Source: Chloroflexota bacterium
GTDB lineage: Bacteria > Chloroflexota > Limnocylindria > QHBO01
Length of the DNA: 35,745 bases
Direction of reading: 5' to 3'
Assembly: GCA_029865285.1 (NCBI GenBank)
Contig: JAOUHE010000001.1
Coordinates: forward strand, 1-35,745
Under the pieces are notes generated by a model. The model was not told where the DNA came from, ran no database searches, and saw only the letters and a list, made by a program, of their open reading frames with translations. Every line of letters starts with the position of its first letter. Positions within the stretch are counted from its first letter, which is position 1. Of this stretch, positions 25,155-35,170 are shown piece by piece. Made by a program: the position numbers and the translations under genes.

Positions 25155-26465
25155 ATGACTGACAGTGTCGCCACGGTAGAAGACGAGCCTCAGAACGCCA
25201 GTTCGTCGCTGCGTGGCGCTCTTGGCTCCCTGGGGATCGATCTGCGTCTGTTCGGCATGCTGGTCGCGCTGGCGCTGATCCTGGTCTACTTCGGGATCAG
25301 GACTGATGGCAAGTTCCTGAGCCCCTCGAACCTCGTCGTTCTTGCGATCCAGGCCTCGGTCGTGGCGGTCATGGCCACCGGCATGGTGCTGGTCATCGTT
25401 TCGCGCAACATTGATCTCTCGGTCGGATCCATCGTGGGCCTGGTTTCGATGACCTACGCGATGCTGATGACCCAGTGGATGCCTGACCTCGGCATCCGAT
25501 TCGACACCGGATACATGTGGATCGTTGCGCTCGCCCTCGGTCTCGGGCTGGGCACCGCCATTGGGGCCGTGCAGGGCTTCGTCATCGCATACATGGGTGT
25601 CCCGTCGTTCATCGTCACGCTCGGCGGTCTCCTCTCCCTGCGCGGCATGGTGTGGGTGCTCTCGGAAGGTGCAGCCAAGTCGGGCCTGGCCGAGCCGTTT
25701 CAGTTGCTCGGCGGTGGCGCCATTGGCGCCATCGGTGGTCCCGCGACCTGGGCGGTCGGCATCGTTGCGGCGGTCGGCATCGTCGCGCTGACGTACTACG
25801 GGCGACGGCAGCGGCGCCGGTTCAACTTCAGGGTGCGACCTCCGTGGGCGGATGCCCTGCTGGCCATGGTCGGCGTCGGCGCGGTCCTGGGCCTGGCCGC
25901 CTTCTTCAACGCCAACCTGTGGCCCAAGGGACTTGCCAGCAGGTACGCAATCGCGAACGGCATCACGGAGCCGCCGGGGGGCCTGCGTATCGAGGTCGGC
26001 ATCCCCTGGCCGGTGGTGCTTGTCATCGGTGTGACACTGGTGATGACCTACCTCGCCACGCGGCGCCGCTTCGGCCGCGACGTCTTCGCCTACGGCGGCA
26101 ACCCCGAGGCGGCGGCGCTGGCCGGCATCAATACCCGCTGGACGATCATGAAGGTCTTCGCGCTGATGGGCCTGCTGTGCGGCATCAGCGCCGCGATCGC
26201 GGCCGCGCGCCTGAATGGCTCCACGCTCGATATCGGGCAGGGCAACGAGCTGTACGTGATCGCCGCCGCCGTGGTGGGCGGCACGTCGCTGGCCGGCGGC
26301 ATCGGGACCATCCCGGGTGCCGTGCTTGGCGGCCTGGTCATGCAGACACTGGCCTATGGATTGAACTTCACCCGGGTGACATCGGCGGTCCAGAACATCG
26401 TCGCCGGCATCGTGCTGGTGGTGGCCGTGGGATTCGACACCTACAACCGGCGTCGAGCGGGATAG
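25155..26465 (+). CDS. xylH: Sugar (xylose) ABC transporter permease
   Basis: 436 aa polytopic protein with AGGAGG at 25139..25144. Branched-chain/monosaccharide (CUT2) permease-like blocks are present (GGTSLAGGIGTIPGAVLGGLVMQTL). Its position between xylF and the ATPase supports the call. Confidence 0.8.
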   Translation: MTDSVATVEDEPQNASSSLRGALGSLGIDLRLFGMLVALALILVYFGIRTDGKFLSPSNLVVLAIQASVVAVMATGMVLVIVSRNIDLSVGSIVGLVSMTYAMLMTQWMPDLGIRFDTGYMWIVALALGLGLGTAIGAVQGFVIAYMGVPSFIVTLGGLLSLRGMVWVLSEGAAKSGLAEPFQLLGGGAIGAIGGPATWAVGIVAAVGIVALTYYGRRQRRRFNFRVRPPWADALLAMVGVGAVLGLAAFFNANLWPKGLASRYAIANGITEPPGGLRIEVGIPWPVVLVIGVTLVMTYLATRRRFGRDVFAYGGNPEAAALAGINTRWTIMKVFALMGLLCGISAAIAAARLNGSTLDIGQGNELYVIAAAVVGGTSLAGGIGTIPGAVLGGLVMQTLAYGLNFTRVTSAVQNIVAGIVLVVAVGFDTYNRRRAG

Positions 26466-26483
26466 AGATGCGGAGGCACCGTG

Positions 26484-27248
26484 ATGACCGCGCCTGAGAG
26501 CCCGCCTCTGGTGGAGATGCGCGATATGCGCGTCTCCTACGGCGGGGTGCACGCAGTGGATGACGTGAGTATCGACCTCCGTGCAGGTGAGGTCGTGGGC
26601 GTGGTGGGCGGCAACGGGGCCGGCAAATCGACGCTGATGCGTGCCCTCTCCGGAGCGCGGAAGGCAGACTCCGGCACGATCCTGATCGATGGTGAGGTTG
26701 TGACGATCACCAATCCGCACGATGCCAAGCGCCACGGGATCGAGACGATCTACCAGACGCTGGCACTCGCCGACAACCTCAATGCGCCGGCCAACCTGTT
26801 CCTCGGCCGCGAGCTGACCAACCGTATCGGGGACCTCGACAACGCGGCCATGGAGGATCAGGCCCGGAAGGTGATGGCGCGCCTAAACCCCAACTTCACC
26901 CGGTTCTCCTCGCCCGTCTCGTCACTCTCGGGTGGACAGCGTCAGGCGGTGGCTATCGCCAGGGCGGTCCACTTCAACGCACGAATCATGATCATGGACG
27001 AGCCGACCGCGGCACTTGGGCCGGCCGAAACCGCCCAGGTCCGCGATCTGATCCGCCAATTGAGGGCCGAGGGGCTCGGCATCTTTCTGGTCAGTCACGA
27101 CATTCACGACGTGTTCGATCTGTCGGATCGGATCAGCGTGATGTACCACGGCAAGATCGTGGGCACCGTCAACAAGGCGGACGTCACACAGGACGATGTC
27201 CTGAGCATGATCATCCTGGGCCGGGAGCGCGAAGAAGCGACCCTGTAG
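26484..27248 (+). CDS. xylG: Sugar (xylose) ABC transporter ATP-binding protein, single NBD
   Basis: Walker [10 protein letters not shown], signature LSGGQRQ, Walker [14 protein letters not shown]-loop VSHD. ATG 26484 lies 7 nt after GGAGG (26472..26476). GTG 26481 is an alternative start. About 254 aa, so one nucleotide-binding domain. Confidence 0.8.
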   Translation: MTAPESPPLVEMRDMRVSYGGVHAVDDVSIDLRAGEVVGVVGGNGAGKSTLMRALSGARKADSGTILIDGEVVTITNPHDAKRHGIETIYQTLALADNLNAPANLFLGRELTNRIGDLDNAAMEDQARKVMARLNPNFTRFSSPVSSLSGGQRQAVAIARAVHFNARIMIMDEPTAALGPAETAQVRDLIRQLRAEGLGIFLVSHDIHDVFDLSDRISVMYHGKIVGTVNKADVTQDDVLSMIILGREREEATL

Positions 27249-27261
27249 GGCTCGGTCCGAT

Positions 27262-28746
27262 TCACATCCGCTTGAAGGAAGGCGCCAGCGCCGGGTACAG
27301 GTCTCGGTACACGGCATGGGCTTCCGCATATCGCGACGCGTCCTCACCGGGCGACGCCGCAACCGTGGCGGTGACGAGTGCGGCACACGCGGCATCGACG
27401 CTCGTGTACCAGCCGGCGCCCACGGCGGCGAGGAGCGCGGCCCCATACGCAGCACCCTCGGACGTGTTGACGGTCGCGATCTCGCCGCCCAGAACGTCGG
27501 CGAGGATCTGTCGCCAGAGCGGGCTCGCCATCCCGCCGCCCGATGCGCGGATCTGACCTGGTCGTGGCATGCCCGCGCTGATCATCAGATCGAGCCCGTC
27601 GCGTAACCCGAACGCGACGCCCTCCAGGACGGCCCGCGTCATGTGCCGCCGGTCGTGCGCCAGCGTCAGCCCCACGAACGCACCGCGCGCCAGAGGATCC
27701 GGGTGCGGGCTGCGCTCGCCGGTGAGGTAGGGGAGGAACCAGAGGCCGCCGCTGCCGGCCGGGACGCTCTCCGCATCCGCCACCAGGGTCGCGTACTCAA
27801 CGCCGGGCGCGAGCGCGTCGCGGAACCAGCGCAGGCTGCCGGCGGCGGAGAGCATCACCGACATCATGTGCCAGCGGTCCGGGACCGCATGGCAGAAGGC
27901 ATGCAGCCTCCCATGCGGCTCGAAGATCGGCCGGTCGGTGGCGGCAAAGATCACGCCCGAGGTTCCGAGCGAGAGGGCCATGGTGCCCGGCGCGACCGCC
28001 CCGACGCCGACCGCGTTCGCCGCCTGGTCGCCCGCCCCGGCAACCACCGGCGTCCCCAAGCGTAGTCCGGTGGCAGCTGCGGCCTCCTCGTTGACCGATC
28101 CGGTGACCTGTGGGCCCTCCCAGGCCGTCGGCATCCAGGCGTGCTCGATCTCCAGGGCGGACAGGATCTCGACCGACCAGTCGCGTGCCGCGAGGTCGAA
28201 CAGCAGCGTCCCGGCGCCATCGGCCTTGTCGACCGCGTACTCGCCGGTAAGCCGGAGCCGCACATAGTCCTTGGGCAGCAGCACGTGCTTGATCCGCCGC
28301 CATACGTCGGGCTCGTGCTCACGGACCCACATCAGCTTGGGGGCGGTGAACCCGGTGAGCGCGTCGTTGCCGGTGATGGCGATCAGCCGCTCGGCGCCCA
28401 CCACCGCACGGATCAGGTCACACTCGGCGCTTGTCCGCTGGTCGTTCCACAGGATCGCCGGGCGCAGCACCGCGCCCGCGCGGTCGAGCAGGACCGCCCC
28501 GTGCATCTGGCCGGTCAGTCCGACTGCAGCGATGTCCGCCCCGCTGACGCCGGTCGAGCGCAGGACGGAACCGATGGCCTCAACCGCACCATCCCACCAC
28601 AGCCCGGGCTCCTGCTCGCTCCACAACGGTCTGGGTGTGCTGAAGCCGTACCCGGCGACGCCGATGCCGCGCACGCTCCCGTCCTCGTCGATGAGGACGG
28701 CCTTGGTCGCGGTCGTTGAACTGTCGACCCCGAGCAGGAAGCCCAC
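27262..28746 (-). CDS. xylB: Xylulokinase (FGGY family)
   Basis: 494 aa. N-terminus (M)[22 protein letters not shown], an FGGY phosphate-1 motif. C-terminal [21 protein letters not shown] 28746 lies 4 nt after the xylA stop. Confidence 0.85.
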   Translation of the reverse strand: MGFLLGVDSSTTATKAVLIDEDGSVRGIGVAGYGFSTPRPLWSEQEPGLWWDGAVEAIGSVLRSTGVSGADIAAVGLTGQMHGAVLLDRAGAVLRPAILWNDQRTSAECDLIRAVVGAERLIAITGNDALTGFTAPKLMWVREHEPDVWRRIKHVLLPKDYVRLRLTGEYAVDKADGAGTLLFDLAARDWSVEILSALEIEHAWMPTAWEGPQVTGSVNEEAAAATGLRLGTPVVAGAGDQAANAVGVGAVAPGTMALSLGTSGVIFAATDRPIFEPHGRLHAFCHAVPDRWHMMSVMLSAAGSLRWFRDALAPGVEYATLVADAESVPAGSGGLWFLPYLTGERSPHPDPLARGAFVGLTLAHDRRHMTRAVLEGVAFGLRDGLDLMISAGMPRPGQIRASGGGMASPLWRQILADVLGGEIATVNTSEGAAYGAALLAAVGAGWYTSVDAACAALVTATVAASPGEDASRYAEAHAVYRDLYPALAPSFKRM

Positions 28747-28750
28747 CGGT

Positions 28751-30118
28751 TCAGCGACGGCTGTCTGGCCCGGCTCCCGACCGGCGGTCGGCGGCCCAGA
28801 TCTCCCGGTTCACCATGTTCTCGAGCAGCTCCTGGCGGCCCGAGACCGGGTGCGGATCGAACTCCCCCGCAGCAGTGCGTGCGGCGAGCGTCTCCAGCGT
28901 CTGCTTGCCCGACAGGATCTCCGATCCGAGTTGTGTCCCCCAGCCGGCGTAGCGCGCTTCGCGGTGGCGTGCAAGGGTCTCCCGCTCGACCATCCCCGCG
29001 GCGACCACCAGCGCACGGGCGAGGGTGTCCATGCCGCCGATGTGGGCGTAGAAGAGATCGGTCCGGTCCATGCTCTGCCGGCGCAGCTTGGTGTCGAAAT
29101 TGAAGCCGCCGGTCGTCAGCCCGCCGCTGCGCACGATCTCGTACAGCGCCAGCGAGAGCTCGTCCACGGAGTTCGGGAACTGGTCGGTGTCCCAGCCGTT
29201 CTGATAGTCGCCGCGGTTCACGTCGACGCTGCCGAGGATGCCTCGTCCGGCGGCGTACGCCACTTCGTGGTGGAAACTGTGCCCGGCCAGGGTGGCGTGA
29301 TTGACCTCGATGTTCACCTTGTACTCGCCCGACAGGCCGTGACGGACCAGGAATCCGTCCACCGTCGCGCAGTCGTAGTCGTATTGGTGCTTGGTCGGCT
29401 CCTGTGGCTTGGGCTCGAGCAGGAGGGTGCCCGTGAAGCCGATGCGGTGCTTGTGCTCCGCCACCATGGTGAGGAAGCGCGCCAACTGCGCCTCCTCACG
29501 GCCAAGGTCGGTGTTGAGCAGCGTCTCATAGCCTTCCCGCCCTCCCCATAGGACGTAGTTGGCACCGCCCAACCGATGGGTGACCTCGAGCATCTGCTTC
29601 ACCTGCGCTGCCGCGTAGGCGAACACCTCGGGATCCGGGTTCGTCGCAGCTCCGGCCGCATAACGGGGGTGGCTGAACAGATTGGCGGTGCCCCACAGGA
29701 GCTTCACCCCGGTTCGCGCCATCTGCGCCTCGGCCTCCGCCACCATGGCGTCGAGGTTCGTCGCAGACTCCGCAAAAGTACGTCCTTCTGGCGCGAGATC
29801 CCGGTCGTGGAAGCAGAAGAAGGGGACCCCGAGCTTGGTCATGAACTCGAAAGCAGCGTCGAGCTTCGTGCGAGCCGCCGCCATCGGATCGAGTCCAGGG
29901 GCCAGCCACGGCCGGTCGAAGGTCCCCGCCCCGAAGACATCCGAGCCGGACCAGTTGAAGCTGTGCCAGAGGCAAACGGCCACGCGCAGGTGGTCCTCCA
30001 TCCGCTTGCCAAGAACCACGCGATCAGGCTGATAGACCTTGAACGACAGGGGATCGGCCGAGTCGAGCCCACCGAACGCAATCGGGCCTGTGACATCGCC
30101 GAAGTAGTCATCGTTCAC
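28751..30118 (-). CDS. xylA: Xylose isomerase (class II)
   Basis: Diagnostic blocks: [60 protein letters not shown]. The track start ATG 30124 abuts the SD AGGAGG (complement of 30125..30130) with zero spacing. The in-frame GTG at 30118 has a 6-nt spacer and is preferred. Confidence 0.9.
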   Translation of the reverse strand: MNDDYFGDVTGPIAFGGLDSADPLSFKVYQPDRVVLGKRMEDHLRVAVCLWHSFNWSGSDVFGAGTFDRPWLAPGLDPMAAARTKLDAAFEFMTKLGVPFFCFHDRDLAPEGRTFAESATNLDAMVAEAEAQMARTGVKLLWGTANLFSHPRYAAGAATNPDPEVFAYAAAQVKQMLEVTHRLGGANYVLWGGREGYETLLNTDLGREEAQLARFLTMVAEHKHRIGFTGTLLLEPKPQEPTKHQYDYDCATVDGFLVRHGLSGEYKVNIEVNHATLAGHSFHHEVAYAAGRGILGSVDVNRGDYQNGWDTDQFPNSVDELSLALYEIVRSGGLTTGGFNFDTKLRRQSMDRTDLFYAHIGGMDTLARALVVAAGMVERETLARHREARYAGWGTQLGSEILSGKQTLETLAARTAAGEFDPHPVSGRQELLENMVNREIWAADRRSGAGPDSRR

Positions 30119-30240
30119 GATCATCCTCCTGTGCCGCGCTCGTGATCCGGCGCATTTGTAGGAGATTGTGACATATTCGACGAGCGGCTTGCGGCCGACC
30201 GCTCAGGTGTCGACTTGGGGATTGCGATCGGTGCGTTTGG

Positions 30241-31356
30241 CTAGGCGACTCGACGACGGAGCGTGGCCGCGGCAGCGACGACCATCAGCACCGTGAAGCC
30301 CGCCAGCACCGCCACGTCGCGCAGGATTACATCGCTGGCGAGATTCGCGCCCTCGAGCATGATCGCCCGGAGCGCATCCACCGCGTAGGTGAGCGGCATC
30401 ACGTTGGATACGACCTGCAGCCAGCTCGGCTCCGCCGAGACCGGCACGATCACTCCGCTCAGCAGGATCTGCGGGCTGATGACGACCGGGATGAACTGGA
30501 CCGCCTGGAACTCGCTGCGGGCAAAGGTCGAGAGGAAGATCCCCAGGTTCACCGCGCCAAGCACCAGCAGCGCCTCGACCAGGAAGATGAGCAGCACGTT
30601 GCCCGCGTTGTACAGGTCGAGGATCCAGAGCGAGAAGAGCAGGATCTCGGCCGCCTGCAATAGCGCCACCACGCTGAATCCGAGCGAGTAGCCGACGACG
30701 ATCTCGGTCCGGCGCAGCGGGCTGGCCATCAGTCGCTCCAGCGTTCCCAGCGAGCGCTCGCGCAGGAACGAGACCGATGTGACCAGGTACACGATGAAGA
30801 AGACGAGGAGACCCACGAACGGCCCGCCCAGCAGGTCCAGGCTGTCGAGATCTGCGCCGCCGTACCGATAGCTGACGACGGGCGCCAGCTCCGGGACGGT
30901 CAGTCCGCCGAGTGCGGCGAGCTCGCTGGCGGCAGCGACCATGGCCTGCTGCACCGAACGGAGCGTGGCAGCCGAGGCGCTCGGCTCGGTCCCGCGCAGG
31001 TGGATCTCCGGGTCGAGCGCGGCGCCATGCATGACCGAGGCGGTGAGGTCGGTGGGCAGCACGACGTAGGCGGCCAGCTCGCCGGAGGTGAGCTGCTCCT
31101 CGGCCTTCGTGGTGTCGACGATGCGAGCGTCCACGAATTCCGAGGCCTCGAGCTGGCGGACGATCGCGGAGCCGAGCGGGCCGGCGTCGGCATTCACCAC
31201 GCCCACGCCGGGCAGGTCGCCGCCGCCGCCAAGCAGCAGGGCGAAGATGCCGAGGATGACCAGCGGCGCGGCGAAGAGGATCGCCAGGGTGCGGTGGTCA
31301 TGGCGGAACTGCGCCAACAGCCGGGCGGTGATCGCCAGCGTCCGGCGCCAGCTCAC
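30241..31356 (-). CDS. ABC-2 type exporter permease (N-terminal TM, large external loop, 5 C-terminal TMs)
   Basis: From GTG 31356 (GGAGGG 6 nt upstream; GTGA overlap with the ATPase stop): VSWRRTLAITARLLAQFRHDHRTLAILFAAPLVILGIF..., then an external loop of about 140 aa, then clustered TM helices typical of ABC-2 permeases. The 42-codon extension of the track ORF is rejected. Confidence 0.75.
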   Translation of the reverse strand: MSWRRTLAITARLLAQFRHDHRTLAILFAAPLVILGIFALLLGGGGDLPGVGVVNADAGPLGSAIVRQLEASEFVDARIVDTTKAEEQLTSGELAAYVVLPTDLTASVMHGAALDPEIHLRGTEPSASAATLRSVQQAMVAAASELAALGGLTVPELAPVVSYRYGGADLDSLDLLGGPFVGLLVFFIVYLVTSVSFLRERSLGTLERLMASPLRRTEIVVGYSLGFSVVALLQAAEILLFSLWILDLYNAGNVLLIFLVEALLVLGAVNLGIFLSTFARSEFQAVQFIPVVISPQILLSGVIVPVSAEPSWLQVVSNVMPLTYAVDALRAIMLEGANLASDVILRDVAVLAGFTVLMVVAAAATLRRRVA

Positions 31357-32072
31357 GACGATCCCTCCGCCAGCGTGAGGAACGCATTCTCGAGCCGATC
31401 CGCCCCAGCGAGCGCGAGCAGGTCGGCCGCGGATCCCTCGGCAAGCAACCTGCCGGCCCGGATCAACCCCAGCCGGTCGCACCGCTCAGCCTCGTCCATC
31501 ACGTGGCTGGAGATGATGATGGTCGTGCCGCCCGCAGCCATGGCGCGGAACCCGTTCCACAGCTGCACGCGCAGTTGCGGGTCCACCCCAACCGTCGGCT
31601 CGTCGAGGAGGAGCACTTCGGGCTGGTGGACCAGCGCACAGGCCAGAGAGAGTCGCGTCCGCATCCCGCCGCTCAGCGTGGCCACGACCGCGCTCCGGCG
31701 GTCCTCGAGTTCCACGAACCGCAGCGCGGCATCCACGTCACCACCGCCATGAATGCGCGCGAAGAAGCGCACGTTCTCTTCCGCGGTGAGGTCGCCGTAA
31801 AGGGCCGCCGCCTGGGTCATGTAGCCGATGCGCGCCAGCACCTCTCGGTCGGGCATGCGCGTTCCGAGGAGGGTGACCTCCCCCTCGACGCCGTCGACCA
31901 GCCCCAGGATCGTGCGAATGAGTGTCGTCTTGCCGGACCCGTTGGGGCCGAGCAGGCCGTACACCTGGCCGCGCGGCACGCGCAGGGTGATCCCGTCCAG
32001 CGCCTGGATCGCCCCGAATCGCTTGCGCGCGTCCGTCACGTCGACGGCAAATGCCGTCCCGGCATCGGTCAT
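31353..32072 (-). CDS. ABC transporter ATP-binding protein (DrrA-like, ABC-2 subfamily)
   Basis: From ATG 32072: MTDAGTAFAVDVTDARKRFGAIQALDGITLRVPRGQVYGLLGPNGSGKTT (Walker A), LSGGMRTRL (signature), LLLDEPTVGVD (Walker B), SSHVMDEAE. The 86-codon extension of the track ORF is rejected. Confidence 0.88.
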   Translation of the reverse strand: MTDAGTAFAVDVTDARKRFGAIQALDGITLRVPRGQVYGLLGPNGSGKTTLIRTILGLVDGVEGEVTLLGTRMPDREVLARIGYMTQAAALYGDLTAEENVRFFARIHGGGDVDAALRFVELEDRRSAVVATLSGGMRTRLSLACALVHQPEVLLLDEPTVGVDPQLRVQLWNGFRAMAAGGTTIIISSHVMDEAERCDRLGLIRAGRLLAEGSAADLLALAGADRLENAFLTLAEGSS

Positions 32073-32213
32073 CTGCAGAAAGGATAGTCCCGTCAGTGGA
32101 GGACAAGGACGTGCGATTCGGCCACCCCGCCGTAGCCGGATCCGCCTTCTGAAGTGCTCTGCCGCCGATCGTTCGCAGGACAGAACCGATTCCGAGGGGA
32201 CATACTCGACGTG

Positions 32214-35021
32214 ATGGACATTCTCGTCATCGGCGCAGGGGGCTACGTCGGCGGTCGACTCGTCCCGCAGCTCCTGGCCGCCGGCCACCATCTGACCCTC
32301 GCCTCCCGACAGCCGGCCATGGTGGCCCACCGCTTCCCGGAGGCGAAGGTCCTCGCGGCCAATCCTCTCGACCCGGCTCTACTTCGCGAAATCGTCCGCC
32401 CCGTCGAGGTGGTCTACCACCTTCCCGAGACGATCGTGCGTCACGGCTCAGAGGCATGGGCGGGCGAAGTCGCTGCGGCTGAAGCGATCGGCGAGGCGGT
32501 TGCGGCGGTCGGCGCGAAGCGAATCATCGTCCTCGGGAAGCTTGCGGAGGGTCCGGTGAACGCGCCGTCGTCCAGGCCGGGCGCGCGCGGCGACCGCGGT
32601 GAAGCCCTGGCCCGTGGTGGAGTGCCTGTCCTCGAGTTTCGCGCGTCGCTGATCATCGGCTCGGGGAGCGCCACGTTCGAGATGGTGCGCCACCTTGCCG
32701 ATCGCGTCAGGATGATGCGGAGTCCGCGATGGGCGGACTATCGAGCCCAGCCCATCGCCGTCCGCGATGTCCTCTCATACCTGGTCGCGGCGCTCGACAG
32801 GGACGACGCGGGAGTCGTGGAGATCGGCGGGCCGGAGGTCCTGTCGTTCGCGGAGATGCTCCTCGGCTACGGTCGGATCGGAGGCGTGCGGCGCTTCCGG
32901 ATCCCGCTGCCCGCTGCCACGCCGTGGCTGAGCGATGCGCTGGTCAGCCTCGTCTCGCCCCTGCCAAGGGGCGCCGCGGCCGCCATCATCGAGCGGCTCC
33001 GCCACGGAGTGGTTGTCCGAGATGGCTCGGCGGCGGCAACGTTCCCGATCTCCCCCCTCACCTACGCCCAAGCGATCAAGCTGGCGCTTGCGCGGACCAA
33101 GGACAACCAGGTCGAGACGGCCTGGTTCGACACGTTCGAGAGCCGTCGCTCGCCCGGGCGAACGGACCCCGAGCCCCTCGATCCGCCCTCTCCGGAGACG
33201 GCCGCCGCGGGGCGACGGTTGCTCATCGATCGGCGATCACTGGGGATCGCCGCCGACGGCGACCGGGTCTTCGCGGAGGTGGAGCGGCTCGGCGGAAACG
33301 CCGGATGGCCGGCCGCCAACTTCCTGTGGCGCCTCCGCGGGCTCATCGATCGGTTGGTAGGCGGCATCGGGATGCGGTTCGGACGCCGAGACCAGGCGCG
33401 CCTCCGGGTGGGGGATGTCGTCGATTTCTGGCGAGTCGAGTCGCTCGAGCGGCCTCGGCTCCTCCGCCTGCGGGCCGACATGCGGGTGCCCGGTCGCGCC
33501 TGGCTCCAGTACGAGGTTGACTCGACCCGGGAGGGGTCCCGGCTCACCCAGACGGCGTACTTCATTCCCCACGGGCTGGCCGGGTACGCCTACTGGTACC
33601 TCCTCCTTCCGATCCATGGAATGATCTTCCGAGCCATGGTCCGCGTCCTCGCCGAGCGAGCGTCAGCGGGCACCGAGGCGGATGGGGGGTCCGCGTTGCG
33701 GGACGGGTCGCGAATAGCGGTCCTCGGCGGCGGACCGGCAGGTTCGCTCTTCTCCACCTTCGCGTTTGACATGGCCGCGAGCGCCGGCCTCCGGATCGAG
33801 GTGGATATCTACGAGCCCCGGACGTTCGAACAGCCGGGCCCGATCGGCTGCAACATGTGCGGCGGGATCGTTTCCGAAACGCTCGTCCAGAATCTCGCAT
33901 CGGACGGGCTGTCGCTCTCCAGCAATGTCGTCCAGCGCGGGATCGACTCGTACGTGCTGCACACGGACGTTGGCGGCGTCCGCATCCCTACTCCCCATGA
34001 AGAGATGCGGATCGGCGCCGTCCATCGAGGCGGCGGACCACTCGATGTCAAGGATTCGAAGTGGGAGTCCTTCGACCGGGACCTCCTGGATGGCGCGGTT
34101 GAGCGTGGTGCGCATGTGATCCAGGCAAGGGTCGAGGAGGTTTCGCGTGTCGACGGCCGGCCGACCCTCCGGGTCCGCGGTGCCGAACCGCGGCCGTATG
34201 ACCTGGCCGTCGTCGCCACCGGCGTGAACACCTCGATCCTCAAGACCTTCGAGGGGCTCGGACTCGGCTACAAGCGGCCGCACCTGACCAAGACGCTCAT
34301 CCGCGAGTACTACCTTGGTGAAGAGGCCATCAGCGCGTCCCTTGGCACGTCCATGCACGTCTTCCTGCTGAACATCCCGCGCCTCGAGTTCGCCGCACTC
34401 ATCCCCAAGGGCGACTACGTCACGATGTGTCTCCTTGGCGACGAGATCGACAACGCCCTCGGCGACGCCTTCGCGTCAGCCCCGGAGGTGCGAGCGGTCA
34501 TGCCCGCCGGATGGGACCCGGTGTCCGTCTCCTGCCAGTGCCTCCCTCACATCAATGTCCACGGTGTGGAGAAGCCCTACGCGAACCGTGTCGTGTTCAT
34601 CGGCGACAGCGGCGTGACTCGACTCTACAAGGACGGGATTGGCGCGGCCTACCGCACGGCCAAGGCGGCCGCTCACACGGCCATCTTCGAGGGAATCTCT
34701 GAGCGGGCGTTCCACGACCACTACCAGCCCGTCTGTCGGTCCATCCGGAACGACAACCGGATCGGCAAGTTTGCGTTCGTCCTCACCCGACTCGCGCAGC
34801 GGCTCCCCGCCCTGCGCCGCGCGATCGTCACGATCAGCCGGGACGAGCAGGTCCACGGAAGGCGGCCGCGGATGAGTGGGATCCTGTGGGACATGTTCTC
34901 GGGCAGCGCGCCCTACGGCGACATCCTCAAGCGGATGGTCCACCCTGCGCTGATCGGGCGCGTGGTCCTGGCGCTCCCGGGCGCTCTGGCCGCCGGCGCA
35001 CGCAGGAGTGCCACGAAGTGA
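32214..35021 (+). CDS. Three-domain fusion oxidoreductase: NmrA/SDR-like NAD(P)-binding domain + DUF2867-like domain + geranylgeranyl-reductase-like FAD-dependent domain
   Basis: One uninterrupted ORF, 935 aa from ATG 32214 (GTG 32211 is an alternative start). aa 1-300: ILVIGAGGYVGGRLVPQLLAAGH Rossmann fold. aa ~335-482: DRVFAEVERLGG...VGDVVDFWRVESLERPRLLRLRADMRVPGRAWLQYEV, DUF2867-like. Linker SAGTEADGGSALRDG. aa ~498-935: RIAVLGGGPAGS (FAD GxGxxG), PIGCNMCGGIV (Cys in the position of the GGR catalytic CGG motif), FIGDSG. Confidence 0.8.
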   Translation: MDILVIGAGGYVGGRLVPQLLAAGHHLTLASRQPAMVAHRFPEAKVLAANPLDPALLREIVRPVEVVYHLPETIVRHGSEAWAGEVAAAEAIGEAVAAVGAKRIIVLGKLAEGPVNAPSSRPGARGDRGEALARGGVPVLEFRASLIIGSGSATFEMVRHLADRVRMMRSPRWADYRAQPIAVRDVLSYLVAALDRDDAGVVEIGGPEVLSFAEMLLGYGRIGGVRRFRIPLPAATPWLSDALVSLVSPLPRGAAAAIIERLRHGVVVRDGSAAATFPISPLTYAQAIKLALARTKDNQVETAWFDTFESRRSPGRTDPEPLDPPSPETAAAGRRLLIDRRSLGIAADGDRVFAEVERLGGNAGWPAANFLWRLRGLIDRLVGGIGMRFGRRDQARLRVGDVVDFWRVESLERPRLLRLRADMRVPGRAWLQYEVDSTREGSRLTQTAYFIPHGLAGYAYWYLLLPIHGMIFRAMVRVLAERASAGTEADGGSALRDGSRIAVLGGGPAGSLFSTFAFDMAASAGLRIEVDIYEPRTFEQPGPIGCNMCGGIVSETLVQNLASDGLSLSSNVVQRGIDSYVLHTDVGGVRIPTPHEEMRIGAVHRGGGPLDVKDSKWESFDRDLLDGAVERGAHVIQARVEEVSRVDGRPTLRVRGAEPRPYDLAVVATGVNTSILKTFEGLGLGYKRPHLTKTLIREYYLGEEAISASLGTSMHVFLLNIPRLEFAALIPKGDYVTMCLLGDEIDNALGDAFASAPEVRAVMPAGWDPVSVSCQCLPHINVHGVEKPYANRVVFIGDSGVTRLYKDGIGAAYRTAKAAAHTAIFEGISERAFHDHYQPVCRSIRNDNRIGKFAFVLTRLAQRLPALRRAIVTISRDEQVHGRRPRMSGILWDMFSGSAPYGDILKRMVHPALIGRVVLALPGALAAGARRSATK

Positions 35022-35170
35022 CACCAGGGGCGATCAATTGGAGTCCGAGCTCTTCCCACCAACGTGACCTTGGCCCACTGACGGGTCGGCTCTGTCGGCT
35101 CCACCTCGCTGGGTGACGCTGACGGCGAACGGCCGGGTGGCGCCCGCCCTGATCGTGACGGTGCGGGCGG

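Noticed and set aside
25131-26735. 534-aa ORF antisense to xylH and the start of xylG
   Set aside because: R/D/G/H-rich composition and no recognisable domain. It overlaps two motif-supported transporter genes. High-GC artefact.
28271-29551. 426-aa plus-strand ORF spanning the xylB/xylA junction
   Set aside because: It is antisense to two genes with diagnostic motifs (WGGREG, LEPKPxEP, FGGY). The composition is A/R/P/S-rich and no family is recognisable.
30153-30158. Shared XylR operator among the three xyl control regions (CATTTG upstream of xylA, CAAACATTTG at 22448..22457)
   Set aside because: Only a 6-nt match is shared, nothing comparable lies upstream of xylF (23714..23916), and the palindromes are short and imperfect. 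This is not enough to call an operator without a motif search across orthologous loci.
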